Source of the DNA: Bacillota bacterium | GTDB lineage: Bacteria; Bacillota; Clostridia; Saccharofermentanales; UBA5734 | Length of the DNA stretch: 57,365 nt | Assembly (NCBI GenBank): GCA_029548445.1 | Contig: JAKPNJ010000156.1 | Location: 1-57,365 of the forward strand | Direction of reading: 5' to 3' | Shown here: one piece after another, positions 6,717 to 15,888 of the stretch | How the letters are laid out: each line of letters begins with the position of its first letter | Position numbering within the stretch: position 1 is the stretch's first letter | Notes under the pieces: model-generated | Database searches by the model: none | Seen by the model: only the letters and a program-made list of their open reading frames with translations | Told to the model about the DNA's origin: nothing | Program-made: the position numbers and the translations under genes

Positions 6717-9362
6717 ATGGAGGGAGGAACCCGCGGCATGGAAGGATCTGTGGCCGGTCGGCCCTACGGGTCAGGTCGCTTCGGCCAATGGATCGAGGAC
6801 GGATTCGGGCTTCCGGCGTACCGGTACCGGGTCGATCCGGACGCGGCGGACCTGGAAGCCGGAACGTATTGCAGTCGGGTGCGGCGGCCCGGGGACCATG
6901 TCCACCAGGTGGGAAACGACCGGCTGGTCGCCGTCGTATCAACCTGCGGGTATGTCCGGGTCCGCCAGGACGAAGGGGGGCCGAAATTCCTGGACGACCA
7001 CGATCCGGAGACCGGACGGCCGGCGGGAGGGTTCGGCCGACTGTCCGGAGGCCCGCGTGTGCTCGCCACCGGCCCGGATCGGCAGGATCCTGCCATGGAG
7101 CGGGTCTTCGGGATGGGGTACTATCGGCGAACGGTGGAGGACGAATGCCACCGGGTCGACCAGGTGGTCTTCGCCCCCTTCGGGGACGATCCGCTGCTGA
7201 TCTCCCAGGTCACGATCCAAAACAAGGGGGTCGCCGACACCGCGGTTGCCTGGGAGGAAACCTGGGGCTGCCGCCTGGTTCCGCTGTCCTATCGGGCCCA
7301 TCTCATGGCCATGTACCAGGGGGACATGGGCCGGATCCCCGGGATCCGGCGCAGGATGTCCGCTGCCTATCGCATGGAGGATGTCCGGAGAGAGGCGTCG
7401 GGCCTGCTGGTCCGGCCGGTCCATGGCGGCCCGGATCCCGGCCTGGAGGACGAGTGGCGGCGGACCTACGCCCTCGCGTCCTCCCATCCGACCCTCTTCG
7501 GCGGCGAGCCGATCCAGGCGCCGCTTCCAACCTGTACTTTCGAGGACCCGTCGCCGCCGGCCGTTTTCCTCCTGTCGCTGGACGCCCCGGCCGAGGAGGC
7601 GGACCTCGACCCGTCGCAGGGCCGAATGCGCCTTGTCCGTCGATTCGGGCTCGCCGGCGGGGAAAGCCGGACGCTGTTCCTTGCCTACGGGTATCTTCCG
7701 GAGGGGTTCCGCCTGGAGGACCTCCTGACGCGGTACGGAACGAAATCCCTGCCGGGACTGCTCGAGCGAAGCTGCGGCCTCTGGCGGGGCGAGTCGTCCT
7801 GGCTGCAGGTACCTGACGCGCCCTGGATCGGCCGGGAGCTGAAGTGGAGCGGGTATTGCCTGCGGAGCGGCATGACCTTCGACACGTTTTTCGGGGAACA
7901 TGTCCTGTCCCAGGGCGGCGTTTACCAATATCTGGGCGGCATCCAGGGGGCCGTCCGGGACATGCTCCAGCACGCCTTGCCGTTCGTGTTGTCCGAGCCC
8001 CGGATCCTGCGGGAAGCCCTCCGGTATGCGATGAAGGAGATGCTTCCGGACGGCAGCCTGCCCTTCGCCATCACCGGCCACGGCGTCATCTGGCCCACGA
8101 CCCTCCGGAGCAGCGACCTGGGGCTTTGGCTGCTGTGGGCGGCCGCCGAGTATGTCCTGGTCACCCGGCACAGGGAGTTCCTGGATGAAAGGGTCGCTCC
8201 GTACCCAATGGACGGGATCGTCCGTGAGCCGGAAAGCGTGCGGTGCCTTCTCGAACGGTGCCGGCGGCATGTCCTGGAGGTGATCGGCACAGGCCCCCAT
8301 GGCCTCATGCGCATCACGGCCGGCGACTGGAACGACGGCATCATCTTGAACCATACGGCACCGGAAAAGAGGCCCGAGGCGGAGCGCCTGGGCGAGTCGG
8401 TCCTGAACGCCGCCATGGCATCGTATGTCCTGGACGCCTATACGGACCTGCTGGCCTTCGACGGCGACCCGGACGGGGCCGCCTCGGCAAGAGCCTGGGC
8501 CGCTGGCCAGCGCGACGCCGTTCGGGCCCAGTGGACCGGCCGCTGGTTCCGCCGGGCCTGGCTGGGGCCGGGGACGGGCTGGCTGGGGGAGGACGAATTG
8601 TGGCTGGAACCCCAGGGGTGGGCGATTCTCGGGGGATGCGCCCCGAAGCGGCAGGCGGCCGTTCTCCGGCGGCACATCAACCGTCTCCTTCGGCAGCCGT
8701 CGCCGATCGGGGCCATGATCCGGAACGCGGACGAGGGAGCGAGTCGGGAAGTCCCTTCCGGCGAATCGCTGGAAGGCGGCGTGTGGATGTCGGTCAACGG
8801 GGTCCTGTCCTGGGCGCTGACCCGGGTGGACGGCCTCATGGCCTGGGAGGAATGGGAGCGAAACCTCCTCTCCCGGCATGCGGAAGCCTATCCCGGAATA
8901 TGGTACGGCATCTGGAGCGGGCCCGACCACTATAACTCCGTCCGGTCGCCCAGGGCGGGCCTGGCCGCCAGCGACCGGGATCCGGAACGGGGGCACAACA
9001 GCACCGATTTCCCCGTCATGAACCTGCATGCCCATGCCTGGCCGATCTACGGGGCTTCGAAGATGCTGGGCCTCGCCTCCACGGCCGAGGGAATCCGGTT
9101 GGAGCCGGCGATCCCCCATGCGCGATATCGGTTCCACAGCACGCTGGTCGGGTTCCGGAAGGACGAGAAAGGCTATTCCGGCTGGTATGCGCCGCTGGCA
9201 AAGGGCTGCTGGACGATCCGGCTCCGGATGCCGAAGGAGGAGCGGAAGCGGTACGGAACCCTCCTGGTCAACGGATACCCGCAGCCCCTGTCCCCCGGAC
9301 GGGAGATCGTGATCCGGGGAACCGGCGGTCCCGGATCCCCGCTTCGCTGGAAGCTCCACTGA
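6717..9362 (+). CDS. GH94-like (cellobiose/chitobiose-phosphorylase superfamily) glycoside phosphorylase candidate
   Basis: 881 aa. The N-terminal pattern G.F...G..Y.Y ... HQVGNDRLVAVVSTCGY resembles phosphorylase N-termini. The central ITAGDWNDG motif is typical of the GH94/GH149/GH161 (alpha/alpha)6 catalytic domain. No signal peptide. Alternative start at ATG 6738. Confidence 0.6.
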   Translation: MEGGTRGMEGSVAGRPYGSGRFGQWIEDGFGLPAYRYRVDPDAADLEAGTYCSRVRRPGDHVHQVGNDRLVAVVSTCGYVRVRQDEGGPKFLDDHDPETGRPAGGFGRLSGGPRVLATGPDRQDPAMERVFGMGYYRRTVEDECHRVDQVVFAPFGDDPLLISQVTIQNKGVADTAVAWEETWGCRLVPLSYRAHLMAMYQGDMGRIPGIRRRMSAAYRMEDVRREASGLLVRPVHGGPDPGLEDEWRRTYALASSHPTLFGGEPIQAPLPTCTFEDPSPPAVFLLSLDAPAEEADLDPSQGRMRLVRRFGLAGGESRTLFLAYGYLPEGFRLEDLLTRYGTKSLPGLLERSCGLWRGESSWLQVPDAPWIGRELKWSGYCLRSGMTFDTFFGEHVLSQGGVYQYLGGIQGAVRDMLQHALPFVLSEPRILREALRYAMKEMLPDGSLPFAITGHGVIWPTTLRSSDLGLWLLWAAAEYVLVTRHREFLDERVAPYPMDGIVREPESVRCLLERCRRHVLEVIGTGPHGLMRITAGDWNDGIILNHTAPEKRPEAERLGESVLNAAMASYVLDAYTDLLAFDGDPDGAASARAWAAGQRDAVRAQWTGRWFRRAWLGPGTGWLGEDELWLEPQGWAILGGCAPKRQAAVLRRHINRLLRQPSPIGAMIRNADEGASREVPSGESLEGGVWMSVNGVLSWALTRVDGLMAWEEWERNLLSRHAEAYPGIWYGIWSGPDHYNSVRSPRAGLAASDRDPERGHNSTDFPVMNLHAHAWPIYGASKMLGLASTAEGIRLEPAIPHARYRFHSTLVGFRKDEKGYSGWYAPLAKGCWTIRLRMPKEERKRYGTLLVNGYPQPLSPGREIVIRGTGGPGSPLRWKLH

Positions 9363-9396
9363 CACCGAACAGCCTGTCGACACCGAACGGCCTGCG
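9361..9396. repeat. 18-bp tandem direct repeat (2 copies plus a degenerate third)
   Basis: GACACCGAACAGCCTGTC / GACACCGAACGGCCTGCG / GACGCCGG..., lying between the GH94-like stop and the AraC-family gene. Confidence 0.8.
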
Positions 9397-9435
9397 GACG
9401 CCGGTCATTGGCGGCGCCCGGCTTCGGATGGTACA

Positions 9436-10395
9436 ATGTGGACGTCCCAAATGGCCGGTTACGGCCAGTCCGCAGGGGGAATCGGATCGATGGATGAAGC
9501 CGGGCCGAATCGTCAGGAGAGCACCCAGTACCATGATGTACTGGACGGAACCACCCTGTTTCAGGAGGGGTGCATCCCCATCCGGGCGATCCCATGGGTA
9601 TCCAGGGGCCTCCTGAAGGACCACCGGCACAACTTCTACGAGTTCGTCTTCATCGAACAGGGCATCTCCACCCACTACTACAACAACATGACGAGCCTCC
9701 TGACCCCGGGCGACCTGTTCGGGATCCGGCCCTACAACGTGCATTCCTACATCCATTCCAAGGATGTGGTCCTGTACAACTGCATCTTCAAGCACGAAGC
9801 CCTGGAAAACGAATACAGGGAACTGGTTCAGCTGCCGGGGATCGGCAACATCATCGACATCGACCACCCGACGGAATGGCAGCGGATCCACCTGGACCCG
9901 ATTTCCCGGAAAGAGATTGTAACGACCCTTGACCAGATGCGGATCGAGGAGGAGCGGAAGGCGGACGGCTGGCAGCTGAAGATGAAGAGCCTGCTGATCT
10001 CCTTTCTCGTCTCCTTCTCCAGGGCGTTTTCGCTCCGGTACCGGGGAGAGTCCGATACGGACTACAAATATGCGGAATATATGTACAAGGCCCTGGCTTA
10101 CATCAACGCCCACTTCACGGAAACGATCCTGATCGAGTCCCTGTCCGCCCACATCGGGCTGAGCACCGACTATTTCTCCCGCATGTTCAAGCAGTTTACG
10201 GGCCTGACCCCGGTGGAATACATCAAGAACATCCGGCTGGCCAAAGCCGCCGAGCTCCTTTCGAAACCGGGGGTTTCCGTTTCACAGGCCGCCTTCGATG
10301 TCGGGTTCGACGATCCCGGGTACTTCGCCAGGCAATTCCGGCAGATGCTGGGCACCAGCCCCTCCCAGTACCAGAAGCAGAACGGCGCCCGCTGA
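9436..10395 (+). CDS. AraC-family transcriptional regulator (cupin-like sensor + double HTH)
   Basis: The C-terminus (LSTDYFSRMFKQFTGLTPVEYIKNIRLAKAAELL...VSQAAFDVGFDDPGYFARQFRQMLGTSPSQY) is a classic AraC HTH pair. Alternative start at ATG 9490 (MDEAGPN). Confidence 0.85.
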   Translation: MWTSQMAGYGQSAGGIGSMDEAGPNRQESTQYHDVLDGTTLFQEGCIPIRAIPWVSRGLLKDHRHNFYEFVFIEQGISTHYYNNMTSLLTPGDLFGIRPYNVHSYIHSKDVVLYNCIFKHEALENEYRELVQLPGIGNIIDIDHPTEWQRIHLDPISRKEIVTTLDQMRIEEERKADGWQLKMKSLLISFLVSFSRAFSLRYRGESDTDYKYAEYMYKALAYINAHFTETILIESLSAHIGLSTDYFSRMFKQFTGLTPVEYIKNIRLAKAAELLSKPGVSVSQAAFDVGFDDPGYFARQFRQMLGTSPSQYQKQNGAR

Positions 10396-10535
10396 CCCCT
10401 CCGGCCACCGACAGCGGATATGTGCACCTTCCTCGGGGAAACATCCTATCGACCCCGTGGGGTTCCATGCTAGCCTGAAATCGCGCAGGTCCGGGGCATT
10501 CTACGGAATCGGCCTGTGGCGGAGGGAAACCCGGC

Positions 10536-12959
10536 ATGGAGAAGAGACAGGCCCGTCGGTATCCGCAGGGCGCCGTTGAAGCGAAATTTCCGCTGGGCGG
10601 CATCGGGACCGGAACCGTCTCCCTGGAGGCCCGGGGCAGCCTGACGGATTGGGAGATCGAAAACCGCCCGGCCAAGGGGCACAGGATTCCCCACACGTTC
10701 TTCTCGATCCGCACCGGCCAGCCAGGCCGGGTGCCGAAGGCCAAGGTCATCGAGGCGCCCTTCCAGCCACCCCACGCTTTCAGCATCGGGTACCACCCGG
10801 ACCGGGTTCCGGGGTTGCCGCGCTTCGCCGCGTCATCGCTGCAGGTCGAGTATCCCTTTGCCTCCGTCGACTTCGAGGACGACGATCTGCCGGTGGAGGT
10901 CCGCCTGGAGGCGTTCAACCCGTTTATTCCCCTTGAGGCCGATGATTCGGGGATTCCGGCGATCCTGTTCCGATACCGGGTTCGCAACCGGACGGAGGCC
11001 TCCGTCGAGGTGTCGGTTGCCGGCACCCTGAGGAACATCATCGGCCAGTCGACAGCCTTCTCCGCCGGCCTGGCCAACGAATTCGTCCAGGAAGAGGAGA
11101 TCTCGGGCATCCACTTTGTCAACCCCTCCATCCCCCAGGATGACCTGGCCTTCGGCAGCATGGCGCTCATGACAACCGGCCGCGACATCACGGCCCGGAC
11201 CGAATGGCTGGCCACCGGGTTCGCCGGCTGGGACGGCCTGCCGGAGTTCTGGGCCGACTTCCTGGAAGACGGCCGCCTGGACCCGGCACCCCGGTTTCGT
11301 CCGGCGGGAGCGAGCGCGTGGAACGAATTCAAGGTCGCGTCCCTGGCCTGTTCCGCCACACTTTTGGCAGGACAGGAGACATCGTTCGAGTTCATCCTGG
11401 CCTGGCATTTCCCCAACCGTCCCCGGGGATGGACCGAATGCGGGTGCCAGGGATCGGAAGGCTGCGGGAAGGGCCGGATTGTCCGCAACCAGTATGCCGT
11501 CCGCTTCCGGGATGCATGGGAGGCCGGCCGCCATCTCGTCCGCCATCTCGATCGCCTGGAGTCCCTGTCCCGCCTGTTCTCCCGGGCGCTCCACGACAGC
11601 ACCCTGCCGGACTTTGCTATCGAGGCCATCGCCGCCAACATTGCGGTCCTGCGGAGCAACACCTGCTTCCGGATCGAGACCGGCGCCCTCCTCGGATTCG
11701 AGGGGTGCCTGGACGAACGAGGCTGTTGCCCGGGGAATTGTACCCATGTCTGGAACTACGCCCAAACGGTGGCCTTCCTATTCCCCGTCCTGGAGCAGTC
11801 CATGCGCCGGATCGAGTTCGGCCTCGAGACCGACGAGGAAGGGTACATGGAATTCCGGACCAACCGGGTATTCGGCGACGATATGCCGAAGCTGATGAAG
11901 CAGCCGGCCACCGACGGGCAGATGGGGGCCATCATCCGCCTGTATCGGGAATGGAAGATCAGCGGCGACGGGTCCCTGGTCACGGACCTGTGGGATAAGG
12001 CCCGGAAGGCCATGGAGTACGCCCTGCGGCACTGGGACACGGACGGGGACTTCGTCCTGGACAGCGTCCAGCACAACACCTATGACATCGAGTTCATCGG
12101 TCCCGGGTCCCTGACCAATTCGATCTTCTTCGGCGCGCTGAAAGCCTGCGCCGAAATGGGGGACTTCACAGGGGATGCGGCTTTCGCCGAAGCCTGCCGA
12201 CAGGCGCTCCGGGCCGGCAGCGAGGCCATGGACCGGATGCTGTGGAACGGGGAGTACTACGCCCAGAAACTGGACGACGTGGACTGCCGTCCTTACCAAT
12301 ATGGCACGGGATGCCTGTCCGACCAGGTGTTCGGCCAGTTCCTCTGCCATGTGGCGGGCCTGGGCCGCATCCTGCCGGAAGACCATGTGAAAAAGGCGCT
12401 CGAGTCAGTATACCGGTACAACTTCAAGCAAGGGTTCCGGGACCATTTCTGCGCGTTCCGCGTGTATGCCCTGGAGGACGAAAGCGGGCTCCTGACCTGC
12501 AGCTGGCCCCACGGGGGACGGCCGAAACTGCCGTTCATCTATGCGGACGAAGTCTGGACGGGGATCGAGTACCAGGTGGCCGCCCACCTGGTTTACGAGG
12601 GGTTCGTGGACGAAGGCCTGGCCGTTGCGAAGGCGGTCCGGGACCGCCACGACGGCTATCGCCGGAATCCCTGGAACGAGGTCGAGTGCGGACACCATTA
12701 CGTCCGGGCCATGTCCAGCTGGGCACTGCTGACGGCGCTCAGCGGGTTTTCCTGCGACATGGCGGCGGGTACCCTGTCTTTCGACCCGCCCTTCCATCCC
12801 GAAGACTTTTCCTGCTTCTGGAGCACCGGCAGGGCCTGGGGCACCTACTCCCAGACCCTCGATCCGGCAACCGGCCGCCGGGATTGGGACCTCCGGGTCC
12901 TGTACGGCGACCCGGGCGATCTCGTCGTAAATGGAGAACGAATGGACCATGGACACTGA
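10536..12959 (+). CDS. GH116-family beta-glycosidase (GBA2-type)
   Basis: 807 aa. The N-terminal FPLGGIGTGTVSLEARGSLTDWEIENRP is the hallmark of the GH116 N-domain, followed by an (alpha/alpha)6-type C-terminal half. No signal peptide. Confidence 0.85.
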   Translation: MEKRQARRYPQGAVEAKFPLGGIGTGTVSLEARGSLTDWEIENRPAKGHRIPHTFFSIRTGQPGRVPKAKVIEAPFQPPHAFSIGYHPDRVPGLPRFAASSLQVEYPFASVDFEDDDLPVEVRLEAFNPFIPLEADDSGIPAILFRYRVRNRTEASVEVSVAGTLRNIIGQSTAFSAGLANEFVQEEEISGIHFVNPSIPQDDLAFGSMALMTTGRDITARTEWLATGFAGWDGLPEFWADFLEDGRLDPAPRFRPAGASAWNEFKVASLACSATLLAGQETSFEFILAWHFPNRPRGWTECGCQGSEGCGKGRIVRNQYAVRFRDAWEAGRHLVRHLDRLESLSRLFSRALHDSTLPDFAIEAIAANIAVLRSNTCFRIETGALLGFEGCLDERGCCPGNCTHVWNYAQTVAFLFPVLEQSMRRIEFGLETDEEGYMEFRTNRVFGDDMPKLMKQPATDGQMGAIIRLYREWKISGDGSLVTDLWDKARKAMEYALRHWDTDGDFVLDSVQHNTYDIEFIGPGSLTNSIFFGALKACAEMGDFTGDAAFAEACRQALRAGSEAMDRMLWNGEYYAQKLDDVDCRPYQYGTGCLSDQVFGQFLCHVAGLGRILPEDHVKKALESVYRYNFKQGFRDHFCAFRVYALEDESGLLTCSWPHGGRPKLPFIYADEVWTGIEYQVAAHLVYEGFVDEGLAVAKAVRDRHDGYRRNPWNEVECGHHYVRAMSSWALLTALSGFSCDMAAGTLSFDPPFHPEDFSCFWSTGRAWGTYSQTLDPATGRRDWDLRVLYGDPGDLVVNGERMDHGH

Positions 12960-15888
12960 CCTGTCCCTTCCTTCTTCCGCCGCCGCGGCCTCGACGGCCG
13001 GCCTCCTGCGGGCCTGGATCGATCCGGGCCGTTCCTGCAGGCCCCATACCCGGTGGTGGTGGCTGGGCAACGCCCTGGAGAAATCGGACATCACCTTCCA
13101 GATGGAGGCGATGGCGGCGGCCGGGATGGGCGGCGTCGAGATCATGCACACCTGGAAATGCTTCGGGAAGGGCAACCACGAGTTCTTCTCCGAGGGGTTC
13201 TTCGGCCTGGTCGGCCATGTGCTGGACGAGGCGAAGCGGCTGGACATGGAAGTTTCGTTTACCTTCAGCCCGGGATGGAGCTTTGGGGGATCCTGGGTCC
13301 CCCGGGAAGACCAGTCCCGGTCGCTGGTCCGGCTCCACAAGGACATCCGGGGGCCGGCGGCCATCCCGGACGCGCTGGCGCCCCTGAAGGAAGCGAAGGG
13401 CCTGCCCGGGGAACTGGACGCCCTGGTCTCGGTCTCGGTCGCCCGAATCCGGGACGACGGCTCCCTGGATCCCGAAAGCCTTGCGGTCCTCCCGGTTCGC
13501 GACAGGGAGGCGGTCCTTCCCTGGACCGTCGGGGACGGCCGCTGGCGGATCATGGCCTTCTGCCTCGTCCTGACGGGCCAGGTCTGCCAGGCCAACAGCT
13601 TTCATCCCCCGCCGAAGGTCATCGACCACATGAACCGGGAGGCGGTCCGGCGTTACTGCGAGCATCTCGGCGGCGCGTATTTCGACCGCTTCGGCGAGCG
13701 GTTCGGCAGCACCGTGGAGTCCATGTTCTGCGACAGCTTCGAAGTGGCCACGGTTCCGGGCGGGGTCATGTGGAGCGTCGATACCCTGGACCGGGCCCGG
13801 ACGCTCCTGGGATACGACATCGAGCCATACCTGGGTGCCATTTGGGACGAGATGCCGCCGCTGACGCCGCATATCCGGTACGACATCAACCGCTGTCTCC
13901 ACGAAATCGGGCTCGATTCCCTGTTCCGCACCTTCGGAGACTGGTGCGCCGCCCACGGCACCCAAGCCAGGATCCAGCCCCATTACCGGTTCCCGACGGA
14001 AATCGTCCAAGCCTCCGGGTCCGTCGTACGTCCCGAGACCGAGGTGACGACCCGAAAGTTTGCCACCGTGGCGGATCCCAGAAAAGCCACCGTGTCGGGA
14101 TGCCGATTCTACGGCATGTCCCATGTATCCGCCGAGGCCTATACTTTCATCCACCGGCATCGCTACATCACGACGCTGGCCGAGATGAAGGCCGCCTCCG
14201 ATGCCTTCTTCCGGGACGGGGTCACCCAGTTCTACAACCACGGGTACCTGGGGACGCCCGAAACCCGGGTCGATCCCCACCGGGATTTTCCCTGGGCCAG
14301 CCACCTCAATCACCAGAACCCCTGGTGGCCCCATTACCGCCATCTTGCCGCCTATGTCGCCCGCTGCTGCGCCCTGCTGCGCCAGGGCGACCCGGTGACG
14401 GACATTCTCCTCTACTCCCCCCAGGCCGACACCTGGACGGGGAAAGTCCTGTTCGGCGGGGAACGGCGGGTGATGCAGTACGGCACCCTGCCCCGGTTCC
14501 TCATCGAGCACGGGTACGATTACGAGATCGTCAACGACCACCTGCTCCAGGAGGTCGCCGACATCGGGGCGGGCAGGATCACGATTCGGGGATTCGCTTT
14601 CCGGATCCTTCTCCTGCCGTCCGTCCGGTCCATGCCCCTGGAAACCCTGGAAGCCGTGGCCCGGTTTGCCGAGGGAGGCGGCCTGGTGGTGGCCCTGGGC
14701 GACCGGCCGGAAGCCTGCCCCGGGTTGGCGGATCGGGAGGAAAGAAACCGGTCGTTCCGGTCGCTGGTCCGCCGGATGTTCGAGGATCCGGGCCTGCCGT
14801 CCGTCCGCTGGCTGCCGGACTATGACCTGGAACCGTTCTTTTTCGATCCCTCGGACCAGGAGGAGGCGCCCCCGGTCGTCCTGGATACCCATCGGCAAGC
14901 CCTCCTGGACCTCCTGCACGGATGGGCGGAACCGGACGTCTCTTTCGGGGACGGGACCGGTTCCCCTGGAGTCGCCTTCCTGCACAGGACGCTGCCCGGC
15001 ATCGACCTCTATTTCGTCACGAACCTTTCGGCCCGCCGATTCGACGGCGTTCTCGGCTTCCGGACCGGGGGGCGGTCCCTGCAGCGGTGGGATGCCATGA
15101 GTGGCGCCATGGAACCCATGGGGCTCCGGCGGGACGGGCCCTGCGCCCGGGTCGCCCTGGGCCTGGACGAATGGCAGTCGGCATTCCTGGTGTTCGCGGA
15201 CGCCGACCCGGCCGGGCCGACCGCCCATGAGAACCCGGCGGAACCGGCTGCAGCACCTGAGCCGGCGGGCCCGGGAACTGGCGGCCGGGTCCTGGATCTC
15301 GAATCCTGGATCGTCGAGTTGAAACGGAAAGCGGGAGGCCCCCTCCGCTTCCGGATGGACCGGCTGGCATCCCTGTCGGACCGGCCTGATACAAAGCATA
15401 TCTCCGGGGATATCGTGTACACCTGCCAGGTCGACCTGGCGGAAGGCGACTTGCAGGCCGGCGGGATCCTGCTGGACCTGGGCGGGGTATCGGTGGCGGC
15501 CCGTCTCGAGGTCAACGGCCGGTTCGTCCGGGATCTCTGGATGCCGCCCTACCGGGCATCGATCCGGGACTTCCTGGCGCCCGGCACCAACGAGATCCGG
15601 GTCACGGTCTCGAACCTGCTCATGAACGAAATCGCGGGCCTTCGCCGGGAGACCCCCATCGAGCCCTCCCTCCGGTCCCGGCTCGGAAGGAAGGGCATCC
15701 TGGCGGAGACACTCAGGAAGACCAAGGATCTGAGGGTCCTCGACATCCTCCAGGCCGAAATTCGGAAAAGACCCTGGTGCCTGCCGCCGTCCGGCCTCCT
15801 GGGGCCGGTCCGCCTGGTTGTCGGGAACCGGCCGAAAGCCGCTGTATCGGCGGACATGCCGGGAGGGGAGACGAAGGATGGCCCATGA
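12931..15888 (+). CDS. GH106-like glycoside hydrolase (alpha-L-rhamnosidase-type) candidate
   Basis: 985 aa. The N-terminal RPHTRWWWLGNALEKSDITFQMEAMAAAGMGGVEI and a C-terminal galactose-binding-like module (LEVNGRFVRDLWMPPYRASIRDFLAPGTNEIRVTVSN) match GH106-type proteins. Start ATG 12931 (or 12949) overlaps the GH116 stop. Confidence 0.55.
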   Translation: MENEWTMDTDLSLPSSAAAASTAGLLRAWIDPGRSCRPHTRWWWLGNALEKSDITFQMEAMAAAGMGGVEIMHTWKCFGKGNHEFFSEGFFGLVGHVLDEAKRLDMEVSFTFSPGWSFGGSWVPREDQSRSLVRLHKDIRGPAAIPDALAPLKEAKGLPGELDALVSVSVARIRDDGSLDPESLAVLPVRDREAVLPWTVGDGRWRIMAFCLVLTGQVCQANSFHPPPKVIDHMNREAVRRYCEHLGGAYFDRFGERFGSTVESMFCDSFEVATVPGGVMWSVDTLDRARTLLGYDIEPYLGAIWDEMPPLTPHIRYDINRCLHEIGLDSLFRTFGDWCAAHGTQARIQPHYRFPTEIVQASGSVVRPETEVTTRKFATVADPRKATVSGCRFYGMSHVSAEAYTFIHRHRYITTLAEMKAASDAFFRDGVTQFYNHGYLGTPETRVDPHRDFPWASHLNHQNPWWPHYRHLAAYVARCCALLRQGDPVTDILLYSPQADTWTGKVLFGGERRVMQYGTLPRFLIEHGYDYEIVNDHLLQEVADIGAGRITIRGFAFRILLLPSVRSMPLETLEAVARFAEGGGLVVALGDRPEACPGLADREERNRSFRSLVRRMFEDPGLPSVRWLPDYDLEPFFFDPSDQEEAPPVVLDTHRQALLDLLHGWAEPDVSFGDGTGSPGVAFLHRTLPGIDLYFVTNLSARRFDGVLGFRTGGRSLQRWDAMSGAMEPMGLRRDGPCARVALGLDEWQSAFLVFADADPAGPTAHENPAEPAAAPEPAGPGTGGRVLDLESWIVELKRKAGGPLRFRMDRLASLSDRPDTKHISGDIVYTCQVDLAEGDLQAGGILLDLGGVSVAARLEVNGRFVRDLWMPPYRASIRDFLAPGTNEIRVTVSNLLMNEIAGLRRETPIEPSLRSRLGRKGILAETLRKTKDLRVLDILQAEIRKRPWCLPPSGLLGPVRLVVGNRPKAAVSADMPGGETKDGP

